47,773 nucleotides of DNA from Candidatus Woesearchaeota archaeon (GCA_003650545.1 QMQO01000005.1:1-47773); one strand, 5' to 3'; counted from the stretch's first letter, positions 1 through 8,483 are shown. Notes: a model not told the origin generated them from the letters alone. Made by a program: numbers and translations.

Positions 1-31
1 AGCCGAAACAATTCAGCATTACGTTTCACAT

Positions 32-118
32 TCCCAAGGTCATTGGGATTTACCACAGCAAAAGAAGCTCGGCTCTTTTGCTTAATCGATACCTTGGGCT
101 TTAGCCCAAGGAGGTTCA
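32..118 (+). mobile_element. Probable IS200/IS605-family element end (subterminal hairpin); the rest of any element would lie upstream of the window
   Basis: Perfect inverted repeat CCTTGGGCT-TT-AGCCCAAGG (92-111) followed by AGGTTCA resembles the GGCTTTAGCC-centred end hairpins of IS200/IS605 elements. Two more hairpins lie upstream: TCCCAA/TTGGGA (32-48) and AGCAAAAGA/TCTTTTGCT (57-82). No transposase in the window. Confidence 0.5.
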
Positions 119-140
119 TTTTAATTTTGCTACAAGAACC

Positions 141-148
141 TTTATAAA
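141..148 (+). promoter_or_regulatory. TATA box of the mscS-like gene
   Basis: TTTATAAA begins 30 nt upstream of ATG 171. Confidence 0.6.
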
Positions 149-170
149 CTTGAATATTTTTATCTTAGCT

Positions 171-758
171 ATGGTAAATGCAACTGCTACCTTGCTACAA
201 GGAACTGATGAAAGTATTTATCTAACATTCCTAAATAAGCTACAATCTCCTGTCTACAACAAGATTGTTCTGGTGTTGATTGTTATTTTCTTGGGTTTTC
301 TTATAGGCAGAGTTGTTGGAAAACTCACACAAAACTTTTTGCATAGCTTTCATCTTAATAAAATAATTCAAAGTGCTGGCATAAAAATTACCATAGAAGA
401 GATTGTCGGGATCGATGTTACTTTAATTATTTATTTGATCACGATATTGTATGTTCTTAGATTATTGCATATAACAAAAATTGTTTTATTCGCACTGTTT
501 GGTGTGTTTGGCTTCTTTCTAATAATATTTTTCTTATTAGGAGCAAAGGATATGTTCTTAAATATAATTGCAGGCATGCTTGTTAATAGAAGAGGTCGGC
601 TTAAACCAAATGATTTGGTGAAAGTTGGTGATATCAAAGGTCAAATTCTTAAATTAGGTATTTTTGAAACTAGAATCAAAACAAAAGAGAACGATGTTAT
701 CATTATACCTAACACAACCCTCATTGGAGAACGTGTTACTCTACTAAGAGAACATTAA
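171..758 (+). CDS. Small-conductance mechanosensitive channel (MscS family), short form
   Basis: Three TM segments followed by KDMFLNIIAG...LKPNDLVKVGDIKGQILKLGIFETRIKT...IIIPN, the MscS beta-domain signature. ATG 171 preferred over TTG 150. Confidence 0.85.
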   Translation: MVNATATLLQGTDESIYLTFLNKLQSPVYNKIVLVLIVIFLGFLIGRVVGKLTQNFLHSFHLNKIIQSAGIKITIEEIVGIDVTLIIYLITILYVLRLLHITKIVLFALFGVFGFFLIIFFLLGAKDMFLNIIAGMLVNRRGRLKPNDLVKVGDIKGQILKLGIFETRIKTKENDVIIIPNTTLIGERVTLLREH

Positions 759-994
759 AGCATTTCCAATAAACTTGCGATATTCCATAATTGTGTCCTT
801 GTATATGGTTGTAGATTTATATCGTTACTAATCTCGTCTAATTCATTTAGTGCCTTGTGGACTTTGATGGACAATTCAGCATCTTCATTTAAAATAGCTT
901 TGATATTTTCTAGCTTTATTTTTATGTTTTTTGGAACAGTGGTATCTTCAAGAAGCATGTCGATCGCTTTTATTGCATTCTCCAATTCAGTCAT
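755..994 (-). CDS. UPF0147 family archaeal protein
   Basis: EDTTVPKNI...LDEISNDINLQPYTRTQLWNIASLLE is typical of UPF0147. Confidence 0.9.
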   Translation of the reverse strand: MTELENAIKAIDMLLEDTTVPKNIKIKLENIKAILNEDAELSIKVHKALNELDEISNDINLQPYTRTQLWNIASLLEML

Positions 995-1004
995 TTTTTA
1001 TCCC

Positions 1005-1334
1005 TTATTTTTTTCTCTCTATTTTTTCTAACACTTCTTTTTGTAGGTTTTCAGCTTTTTCTTTTGTAGAGTTTTCTTGCCTTTCTATTGTTTTTATCCT
1101 TAATTCGGTTGTTTCTTTTTTTTGTTCAAGATCTTTTTTCAGCTTCTTTGCATCAGAAAGAACCATTATGTTACCAATTATTTTATACGCTTGGTCTACT
1201 TTGTCAAGTTCGGAGAGTGCTGATTCGATTTCCATCAGTTGCGCCTGGAACTGTTGTTTTTGCGCTAGAAAATTTTGTAATGATTGTTCTATCAATTGGA
1301 GTTGCTGTATCTTTTGTTGCGTTTCTTTATCCAT
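1005..1334 (-). CDS. pfdB: Prefoldin beta subunit
   Basis: Coiled coils flanking YKIIGNIMV; conserved position next to pcc1 and rpoP. Confidence 0.95.
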   Translation of the reverse strand: MDKETQQKIQQLQLIEQSLQNFLAQKQQFQAQLMEIESALSELDKVDQAYKIIGNIMVLSDAKKLKKDLEQKKETTELRIKTIERQENSTKEKAENLQKEVLEKIERKK

Positions 1335-1554
1335 TTTCTATAACCTTGCGCGTTTTTTCATAGACTAACAACAGATTTTTAATAGCGAATGTTGTCGCTC
1401 TTAAAGCTGTTGCATCTTTTGCTTTTATGATGAATTCGATTTTGTCGTTAATTTTAATCTCGCATGTTGAGCGTTTAAAGTTCAAAGCCTTTTCTTCTGG
1501 GATTAGACAAGGATATATTCTTGTGTCATTAAAATTGATGGTACTTTTCATCAT
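1327..1554 (-). CDS. pcc1: KEOPS complex subunit Pcc1
   Basis: KRSTCEI...IKAKDATALRATT motif. Start re-called at ATG 1554, which overlaps the rpoP stop (ATGA). Confidence 0.8.
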   Translation of the reverse strand: MMKSTINFNDTRIYPCLIPEEKALNFKRSTCEIKINDKIEFIIKAKDATALRATTFAIKNLLLVYEKTRKVIENG

Positions 1555-1688
1555 CTTGCTTTTACCTTTGTGACTGTTGTTCTTTGCTTGAAGAGTATTT
1601 TTGAGCCACAATATGGACATCTGACTCTCTTTCTTAGCAGTGATTCTGTGATTTCTTTGTTACAGTTGAAACATTTATAAGCTACCAT
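1551..1688 (-). CDS. rpoP: DNA-directed RNA polymerase subunit P (Rpo12); not in the ORF track
   Basis: Hand translation MVAYKCFNCNKEITESLLRKRVRCPYCGSKILFKQRTTVTKVKAR* (45 aa), a Zn ribbon located between rpl37ae and pcc1. Confidence 0.95.
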   Translation of the reverse strand: MVAYKCFNCNKEITESLLRKRVRCPYCGSKILFKQRTTVTKVKAR

Positions 1689-1689
1689 T

Positions 1690-1923
1690 TTAATACCCCT
1701 CTTTTTTCTTTGTTGTTGTATAAGCTTGATCAGTAAATTTCACATTACATTTCTTGCATTGCCAGATACCTATTGCAATTCTTTTGACTGCTTTCTTGTT
1801 ACAATAAGGACATTTATAGGCACGGCGTTGTTGCGCCTCGATTTTGCCAAACTTATGCCTTACTGTTCTACCATAACGAGAACCAAAACGTTTCACTGAC
1901 TTTATTCCTTTAGATGTTGCCAT
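1690..1923 (-). CDS. rpl37ae: 50S ribosomal protein L37Ae (eL43)
   Basis: RFGSRYGRTVR, CPYC...GIWQCKKC. Start is ATG 1923 or TTG 1938. Confidence 0.95.
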   Translation of the reverse strand: MATSKGIKSVKRFGSRYGRTVRHKFGKIEAQQRRAYKCPYCNKKAVKRIAIGIWQCKKCNVKFTDQAYTTTKKKEGY

Positions 1924-2089
1924 TTTTAGCTTACTCAATACTCAAAGGAATATTGGTTTATTTATAAAGATAGTGGTATGTTTTTATTTAATTTTCAATA
2001 GGGAAAATAAACTGGAAAATAAAATAAAAATAAAATAAAAAATAAATAAATATAGAAAATAAGGTTCAAGGCAAATCAAAATATTAAAC

Positions 2090-2198
2090 TGGGGCTGCCA
2101 GGATTTTCATGAAATCGCAGATTTCATGCAATTTCTGTTTTGAACCCGGGTCACGAGGTCCCAAACCTCGAATGATAGCCAAACTACACCACAGCCCC
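2090..2198 (-). tRNA. tRNA-Pro(TGG) with a 35-nt intron at position 59/60
   Basis: Acceptor stem GGGGCTG/CAGCCCC-A; anticodon arm CGAGG-TTTGGGA-CCTCG; T stem CCGGG/CCTGG. Removing 2104-2138 restores the T loop TTCAAAT. CCA is not encoded. Confidence 0.93.
2104..2138 (-). other. Non-canonical tRNA intron with a bulge-helix-bulge-like motif
   Basis: Central helix TTCA/TGAA with 3-nt bulges AA^A and AA^T. Cleavage after the second bulge base gives an exact 7-nt T loop. Confidence 0.85.
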
Positions 2199-2232
2199 TC
2201 TTGGATTAAAAAATGATGTTGGTTTTTAAAGG

Positions 2233-2793
2233 TTACGCTGTGCGTGTGTTTATCATGATTAGTCCGATACCGATAACCAAAGAAAAAACTAGTGTCCATC
2301 CAGCTCGTTTGAGTAGCCTAGATTTTATTGGTAATATGTGCTGGCTTAATGAATATATTTGATTTTCAAAAGCTTCTGTTATCTTTTTGCTATTCTTTTT
2401 TAGCTTGTCTAGCTCTTTGATGTATTCGTTTCTTGTATAATATTGGCTGATGTTTTTATAGTAGAATATATCTTTTTTAATTCTCTCTTTTTTTGAAAGA
2501 ATTCTGATTTTTGGTGTGACGATTAGAATTGCCATCAAAAATGAAAAAAAACATCCTATTGCTATTATCCCCCAGCCTATCTTTAGGAGTAGAGGATAAT
2601 CTAAAAATTCTTTTCTTGTTAAAACACCCGCGGTATAAACTAGGATTAGACCTGAAGCACCCATAAGAAAGTTAGCTTTGTTGTTAAATTGGGTATCTAA
2701 CCATTTATTAAAATTTAAAATATCTCCTAGAATAGAACTAGACCATGCCCATGTCGGCTTTTTGCTCGCCCTCTTTTTTTTCTTTTTTGCCAT
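2233..2793 (-). CDS. Pycsar-effector-like (DUF5706/PycTM-like) membrane protein
   Basis: NNKANFLMG followed by two TMs, then P+IR...IFYYKNI...EY...ENQIYSLS...IKSRLLKRA and a final TM. This matches the DUF5706 layout as recalled. Confidence 0.7.
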   Translation of the reverse strand: MAKKKKKRASKKPTWAWSSSILGDILNFNKWLDTQFNNKANFLMGASGLILVYTAGVLTRKEFLDYPLLLKIGWGIIAIGCFFSFLMAILIVTPKIRILSKKERIKKDIFYYKNISQYYTRNEYIKELDKLKKNSKKITEAFENQIYSLSQHILPIKSRLLKRAGWTLVFSLVIGIGLIMINTRTA

Positions 2794-2846
2794 TTAGAGA
2801 TTGTTATATTTAGTTATTTAAATATTTTATCTAACTATTGTTTATA

Positions 2847-3872
2847 TCATGGTAGAATCAGGTTAACAGATTTTGGTACAACCCTGATCGTGATGGATTT
2901 CTTGTTGCCAAGGATTTCGCCATCAGCATGAACTGGTACAGGAATGTCGCATGTAATCTTAACCTTTTTTGCTTTGTGATAAAAGATGTCTTTTCTTTTC
3001 GGGTGTGTACCCCGAGTAGACTCTGCAATGTATATGTAAACATTGTTAAAGAACTTCTTTGATTTAAAAACACAAACATCTAGATATCCATCTTGCATAT
3101 TTGCATAAGGTGTCATGCTAAATATCAAGCTATAGTACTTGATATTGCTGACAACGGTTTGGTATCCTTCTGTTGTGTATTTGTCGTCTACAGTGATTTT
3201 AACCTTTGGTTGATCATAGAATAGTCCTGCACGTAAACTCGTCATTAAATAAGGAAATTTTCCTAAGTATTGTTTGAAAAAAGGATTTTTTTCGGTTTCT
3301 TCAAGTACCCATGCATCTATACCAACTCCAGCCATCAGCAAAAAATAACGGCCATTGATGTTGCCAGTATCTACTTTTTTTGCCTTACCATTGACTATAA
3401 GTTCGCAGGCAAGCTCGATCTTCTTGATTAAACCAGTTTCGTATGATAGAGCATTGCCAGTCCCAAGAGGAATTATTCCTAATTTTATTTTTTTGTTAAT
3501 AACACCATTGAGAACACTGTTAATCGTGCCATCGCCACCAACAGCAACAACGGTATCGTAACCCTTTTTAATAGCTTTTTTTGTTAGTTTTGTAGCTTTT
3601 TTTTCATTAGGCGTTTTTTTTATATCTAGTTTAATATTAGGGTACTTGCCAAAAACTGCTTTTATCTTAGGTCTGATTCTCTGTTCATTAACCTTGCGTG
3701 CTTTCTTGTTTATAATGATTAAAATTTTTCTTTCTTTTTGTGAAGATTCTTTCTTCAATCTTTTTTTAATCATACTTCGAATTTTCTTTTTCTGTTTAAA
3801 TGTTTCTTTCCTAGGCTCATTTTTTTTCTTTTTGTTTTTTCTTTTTCTTTTTTTTACATTTATCACGTTCAT
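2847..3872 (-). CDS. Diacylglycerol/lipid kinase family (YegS/DAGK) with a Lys-rich N-terminal extension
   Basis: VAVGGDGTINSV, IIPLGTGNAL, AGVGIDA, DGYLD and HADGE motifs. Confidence 0.92.
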   Translation of the reverse strand: MNVINVKKRKRKNKKKKNEPRKETFKQKKKIRSMIKKRLKKESSQKERKILIIINKKARKVNEQRIRPKIKAVFGKYPNIKLDIKKTPNEKKATKLTKKAIKKGYDTVVAVGGDGTINSVLNGVINKKIKLGIIPLGTGNALSYETGLIKKIELACELIVNGKAKKVDTGNINGRYFLLMAGVGIDAWVLEETEKNPFFKQYLGKFPYLMTSLRAGLFYDQPKVKITVDDKYTTEGYQTVVSNIKYYSLIFSMTPYANMQDGYLDVCVFKSKKFFNNVYIYIAESTRGTHPKRKDIFYHKAKKVKITCDIPVPVHADGEILGNKKSITIRVVPKSVNLILP

Positions 3873-3976
3873 AACAAATTTTCTAATTAGTATGTTTAAA
3901 AAGTTTTCGGTCTGCTTTTATAGTTTTTATTTATTATTTTTTTGTAGCTTTTTATTTATTATTATAATAGTAAAAA

Positions 3977-3984
3977 TTTATAAA
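3977..3984 (+). promoter_or_regulatory. TATA box of aRF1
   Basis: AAAAA-TTTATAAA begins 30 nt before ATG 4007. Confidence 0.6.
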
Positions 3985-4006
3985 CTCCATTTTATTCTGT
4001 TATCTC

Positions 4007-5545
4007 ATGGTGCTAAAAGGTTCGCAAATATTTAAGCTAAAGAAATTTATAAGAGAATTAGCTCAACATAGGGGGCGCCATACAGAGTTAGTTAGTGTAT
4101 ATATTCCGCAAGGGTATGACATGAATAAAATCATAAACCATTTACAACAGGAGCAGGGTACAGCAACAAACATAAAATCTGCTTCTACAAGAAAAAATGT
4201 GATTGATGCCCTTGAAAGGATGATCCAACATTTAAGATTGTTTAAGAAAACCCCTGAGAATGGTTTAGCGGTTTTTTCTGGGAATGTTGCAGCTAAAGAA
4301 GGTCAGCAAGATTTGAGGATTTGGAGTATTGAGCCGCCTGTACCTCTAAAGCAGAGGCTGTATAGGTGTGATAAAGAGTTTGTGTTAGAACCATTGTCAG
4401 AAATGTGTGAGACTAAAGAAGTGTATGGTCTTGTTGTTTTGGACAGAAGGGATGCTATGCTTGCGCTATTGAAAGGAAAGGCGATAGTGCCATTAGTGAA
4501 AACACATTCTGAGGTGCCCGGAAAGTTTAAGGCAGGGGGTCAATGTTGCCATCCTGATACTTTGGTTCTATTGAGGGACGCTCAAATAAAAATTAAAGAC
4601 GTAAAAATAGGAGATAAATTGATTACCTATGATTTTAAAAATAATGATTCCAGCATTTCTGAATGCCTGAATATTTGGAAAACCCGAAAAGATGTACAGT
4701 TAAAAATTAAAACAGATGCTGGAAATATTATTGTGTCAGAAGATCATTTGTTTTTTGTAGAAAACAATGGTGCAACTTTGGAGGTGCCTGCAAAAGAGTT
4801 AAAAGTAGGAGATTTTTTATTAAAATTCAAAAATAGCGTCAAAGAAAAAAGAGAAAAAATAAATAAAATAAATAAAATAAAAATAATAAAAATAATGAAA
4901 GAAAAAGGTGAATTTGAAATGATAGATATCTCTGTGAAAAACCAAAACTTTATTGCAAATGGTTTAGTCGTGCATAATTCAGCAGCTCGCTTTGCACGTA
5001 TCAGGGAAGGAAGCATAAAGGCACATTACAAAAAGATTGCTGATCTAATGAAGGAGCAGTTCTTGCCGATGGGTGATAATTTGAAAGGAATTATCATTGG
5101 TGGACCAAGCACGACAACAACAGATTTTATTCATAAGGATTATTTGACGGGTGATATTAAGAAGAAGATAATAGGAGTTAAGGATTTGAGTTATACGGGA
5201 GAGTTTGGCTTACAAGAACTTTTAGATAGGAGTAAAGATTTGCTTTCAGCAGAAGAGGTCTCTGGTGAAAAAAAGATAATGGGAAAGTTTTTTGATTTGT
5301 TAAATACTAAGGAAAAGCAAGTGGCTTATGGACTGGCAGATGTCAAAGAGATGTTAGAGATTGGTGCGGTTGATACTTTGCTTTTGTCAGAATCTGTTGA
5401 TGATGAGTTGATAGAAGAACTAGAGAATAAAGCAAAAGAGATGGGTAGTGAAGTCAGGATTATTTCTGTTGAAACTCGAGAAGGAGTGCAGCTAAAGGAG
5501 ATGGGTGGCATTGCAGCTATTTTGAGGTATGAAGCAGAGAGATAG
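4007..5545 (+). CDS. prf1: Peptide chain release factor aRF1, intein-containing
   Basis: GRHTELVSVYIP, NIKS, YRCD, GGQ|intein|SAARFAR and GGIAAILRY motifs. Confidence 0.97.
   Translation: MVLKGSQIFKLKKFIRELAQHRGRHTELVSVYIPQGYDMNKIINHLQQEQGTATNIKSASTRKNVIDALERMIQHLRLFKKTPENGLAVFSGNVAAKEGQQDLRIWSIEPPVPLKQRLYRCDKEFVLEPLSEMCETKEVYGLVVLDRRDAMLALLKGKAIVPLVKTHSEVPGKFKAGGQCCHPDTLVLLRDAQIKIKDVKIGDKLITYDFKNNDSSISECLNIWKTRKDVQLKIKTDAGNIIVSEDHLFFVENNGATLEVPAKELKVGDFLLKFKNSVKEKREKINKINKIKIIKIMKEKGEFEMIDISVKNQNFIANGLVVHNSAARFARIREGSIKAHYKKIADLMKEQFLPMGDNLKGIIIGGPSTTTTDFIHKDYLTGDIKKKIIGVKDLSYTGEFGLQELLDRSKDLLSAEEVSGEKKIMGKFFDLLNTKEKQVAYGLADVKEMLEIGAVDTLLLSESVDDELIEELENKAKEMGSEVRIISVETREGVQLKEMGGIAAILRYEAER
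4544..4978 (+). mobile_element. Mini-intein (145 aa, no homing endonuclease) in aRF1
   Basis: Block A CCHPDTLV, block B IVSEDHLFFV, AKELKVGD, and blocks F/G MIDISVKNQNFIANGLVVHN followed by Ser+1. Removal restores GGQSAARF. Confidence 0.95.
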
Positions 5546-5549
5546 TTAT

Positions 5550-5712
5550 TTGCATTCTTCAATATTCTTCAGTATTTTTCGAGTATTCTTCAAATCTTAT
5601 ACTCCCTTTGTATTTTTCTTCAAAAGATCTTATATTCCTTTTTGTATTTTTCTTTATCTTGTTTGTATTTCCTGTGTATCTTCTTTATGTTTCTTTATGT
5701 TTCTTTATGTTG
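5550..5712. repeat. Degenerate pyrimidine-rich tandem repeats
   Basis: TTCTTCAATA/TTCTTCAGTA units, a duplicated ATCTTATA(C/T)TCC...TGTATTTTTCTT, and TTCTTTATGT x3. Confidence 0.7.
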
Positions 5713-5764
5713 TATATACAATATATGCGTAATATTTATAATTACTAAAGTTCTCTTTTGTATT

Positions 5765-6451
5765 ATGAATGAGGCTGTTATAAGGGCGGCGTTTGTAGAG
5801 CTATTCCCAGATAAGGATGCTAATAAGTATAATTTCTCGATCAAATATAGTGGGCATTTCAAGGATTATGGTGCTAATGTAAAGATGCTTGGAAATTATA
5901 TAGATTTTCATCTTAGTAAAAAATGGAAAGCTGTCAGTAGAGAAATACAAATAGGATTGTTACAGGAATTGTTAATGAAGATCTTTAATACAAAAAAGAA
6001 AAACACAATTAATGTGGATCTTTATAACCACTTTGTTAAAAAACTGCATATTGCTGTTCTCAAAGAGAAGCCTGAACCAAAGCTGGAAGAAAGCTTTAAT
6101 CGTGTTAACGAAAAATACTTCAACGGTATGCTAGAGATGCCTAACATAAAGTGGGGTGCTGAAAGTGCTAATCAGCTTGGTGCTTATGAATACGCAAATG
6201 ACACAATTATTGTTAGTTCTTTGTTAAAGAATGCAGATGAAGATATTTTGGATTATATAATGTACCATGAAATGTTGCATAAGAAGTTGAAGTACAGGCA
6301 CAAGAATGGTCGCGCAAGGTACCATACATCTAAGTTTAGGAAAATGGAGAAACTGTTTGAAAATCAAGACGTGATAGAAAAGAAGCTGCAGAGGCTTAGG
6401 AAACCAAGAATTGTTAGACCAAGAATTGTTAGAAGAAATAGATGGTTTTAG
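5765..6451 (+). CDS. SprT-like/YgjP-like zinc metalloprotease domain protein
   Basis: FNRVNEKYFNG...IKWG...LDYIMYHEMLHKK...HTSKFR. Start re-called at ATG 5765, with a TATA at 5735. Confidence 0.8.
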   Translation: MNEAVIRAAFVELFPDKDANKYNFSIKYSGHFKDYGANVKMLGNYIDFHLSKKWKAVSREIQIGLLQELLMKIFNTKKKNTINVDLYNHFVKKLHIAVLKEKPEPKLEESFNRVNEKYFNGMLEMPNIKWGAESANQLGAYEYANDTIIVSSLLKNADEDILDYIMYHEMLHKKLKYRHKNGRARYHTSKFRKMEKLFENQDVIEKKLQRLRKPRIVRPRIVRRNRWF

Positions 6452-6672
6452 TTATAATTGGTGGTTTTAGTTATTTGTTTTCATACTGATACAGGTGTTT
6501 TGGAAATAGCATACTACAAAAATAATAGCTAAAATAAATATAAATAATAGCTAAAAAATAATAGCTAATGTATCACGAACCTTATCATGTATCTTATAAG
6601 CTTATATAATCTTTATAATACACAATCTTTATAAATCAACCTTATTTCCAATGAGGCAAAGGAGGCGATAGA

Positions 6673-7071
6673 ATGGGAGAGGTTAAGAAAGCTAGCATAG
6701 GAAGCCTGCAAAAAGGAAGTTATATAGTAATAGATGGTGTTGCTTGCAAAATTGTTGATACTGCAACATCAAGACCCGGAAAACATGGTCATGCTAAGGT
6801 TAACCTGATGGCTGTCGGACTTATAGATGGTAAGAAACGTAACCTGGTGTTGCCTGGTCATGAACAAGTTGATGTTCCTATTATTGACAAGAGAACAGCA
6901 CAAGTGTTGTCAATAAGTGGCGATACTGCAAATGTAATGGACTCTGAAACATACGAAACATTTGATCTTAAGATTCCTGAAGAGCTAAAATCAGAGTGTA
7001 AAGAAGGAAGTAATGTACTGTACTGGGAGATTTTAGACCAAAAAGTTATGAAACAGATAAAACAAGAATAA
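6673..7071 (+). CDS. eif5a: Translation factor aIF5A
   Basis: SRPGKHGHAK hypusine-site motif; GGAGG SD at 6661; TATA at 6628. Confidence 0.97.
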   Translation: MGEVKKASIGSLQKGSYIVIDGVACKIVDTATSRPGKHGHAKVNLMAVGLIDGKKRNLVLPGHEQVDVPIIDKRTAQVLSISGDTANVMDSETYETFDLKIPEELKSECKEGSNVLYWEILDQKVMKQIKQE

Positions 7072-7124
7072 TAGTAAAATAATAGTAGAATAATAGTGCT
7101 ATTAAGAAATAATTTGGTGTTATT

Positions 7125-7286
7125 ATGGTACGGTTTCCTGAAGCAGAAGCAAGGTTGTTTAAGGGGAAGTTTGTTTGTAAAAGATGTAAGTCTGTTATTA
7201 AAGCTAGTAACATGAAAGTGATGGCAGGAAAGGTTAAGTGTAGAAAATGCAAAGGCAAAGCATTAAGGATTATTAGAAGAAAATAA
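7125..7286 (+). CDS. rpl40e: 50S ribosomal protein L40e; not in the ORF track
   Basis: Hand translation MVRFPEAEARLFKGKFVCKRCKSVIKASNMKVMAGKVKCRKCKGKALRIIRRK* (53 aa). Confidence 0.92.
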   Translation: MVRFPEAEARLFKGKFVCKRCKSVIKASNMKVMAGKVKCRKCKGKALRIIRRK

Positions 7287-7304
7287 TCTGCCTAAAACGA
7301 GGTA

Positions 7305-8483
7305 ATGATGGTGAGTTTTTGGGAGTATGGTTCTATAATAATATTCTATGCAATAATACTGTTGCTTGTATATTTCTTTCGGAAAAAACTTCGCATTGAG
7401 CATAAGTTCATAGTGATGTGGAAAACCAAACTTGGTCTAAGATGGATGGACGATCTTTCAACAAGGTTTAGAAGTTTCATAGTACTGCTTGGTTATATTA
7501 GTATCGGTCTTGGTTTTATAGGAATGGCATTTATTATAGTTTATATGTTTGTTATTTTAATAAAAATGCTAATAACACCCGTAGTTACTGCTCAGGTTGG
7601 TGTTGCCTTGCCTGGTTTATTAAAAGTTCCTGGTTTAGGTACATTGCCATTCTGGCACTGGCTTATATCAATCTTTATAATTGCAGCATGTCATGAGTTT
7701 GCACACGGTGTTGTTGCTCGTGCTCATAAAGTAAAAATAAAAAGTTCTGGCTTTTTGATGTGGGGACCAATTCTGGGGGCGTTTGTAGAGCCTGATGAGA
7801 AACAATTGAGTAAGATGTCTGATAGTAAACAATATTCTATTTTTGCAGCAGGGCCTGTTGTAAACATTGTTATGGCTGTTGTTGCTTATCTAATCTTGAT
7901 TTTTGCGATTCCTAGCTTGAATGCAACAGCTGTCGAGCCTGCTGGTGTTGTTATAATTCCCATATTAAACCAAAGTTATCCCTTAGAATTGGCAGGCATT
8001 AATGAAAGCATTGTTATTAATGAAATCAATGGTGTTCCTATTTTGAATGTTGATAATTTTTCTACAATTATAAGAACGATTGGACCAAACGAAACAGTAA
8101 CAATCAGATCAAATGAAACATATTATACTGTTACAACCGTCAGGAACCCAAATTTTCCAGGAGACAGAAGAGGTTTTTTTGGTCTTTACGGAGGAAATAT
8201 CCTTAGGCCGAGAACATTTTTTCAAAAAAAGACTGATGTTAGTCATGCATGGTTTAATTTTGTTAAGTTTATACAAGACTTGGTAATATGGTTTTTTATT
8301 TTATGTAGTGGAATTGGTCTAGCTAACCTACTGCCTCTTGGTCCTGTTGACGGGGGGAGGATGGTGCTGACTTATCTTAGAAGCAAATATTCTGAAGACA
8401 AAGCTAGACATATCTGGGGGGTTGTCTCAATAACGACACTGGTGTTGATCATTTTAATTTTTATAGTACAGTTTGTTAAGTGA
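7305..8483 (+). CDS. Site-2 protease (M50) with a PDZ-like insert
   Basis: HEFAHG, GAFVEPDE, AAGPVVN and NLLPLGPVDGG motifs; multiple TMs. Confidence 0.93.
   Translation: MMVSFWEYGSIIIFYAIILLLVYFFRKKLRIEHKFIVMWKTKLGLRWMDDLSTRFRSFIVLLGYISIGLGFIGMAFIIVYMFVILIKMLITPVVTAQVGVALPGLLKVPGLGTLPFWHWLISIFIIAACHEFAHGVVARAHKVKIKSSGFLMWGPILGAFVEPDEKQLSKMSDSKQYSIFAAGPVVNIVMAVVAYLILIFAIPSLNATAVEPAGVVIIPILNQSYPLELAGINESIVINEINGVPILNVDNFSTIIRTIGPNETVTIRSNETYYTVTTVRNPNFPGDRRGFFGLYGGNILRPRTFFQKKTDVSHAWFNFVKFIQDLVIWFFILCSGIGLANLLPLGPVDGGRMVLTYLRSKYSEDKARHIWGVVSITTLVLIILIFIVQFVK

Noticed and set aside
127-205. TTGCTACAAG at ~127 and ~192 as a possible guide/target pair for the IS-like end
   Set aside because: Only 10 bp, and explainable by chance or local duplication.
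931-1368. Plus-strand ORFs of 145 aa and 91 aa
   Set aside because: Antisense to pfdB and UPF0147; Phe/Ser-rich composition typical of a shadow.
1555-1620. N-terminal extension of Pcc1 in the ORF track
   Set aside because: Overlaps rpoP in another frame; the ATGA-coupled start at 1554 is more plausible.
2084-2299. 71-aa ORF
   Set aside because: Overlaps tRNA-Pro and the end of the upstream gene.
5529-5764. 67-aa ORF and the hydrophobic 41-aa N-terminal extension of the SprT-like gene
   Set aside because: Translations of T-rich tandem repeats; the TATA at 5735 supports ATG 5765.
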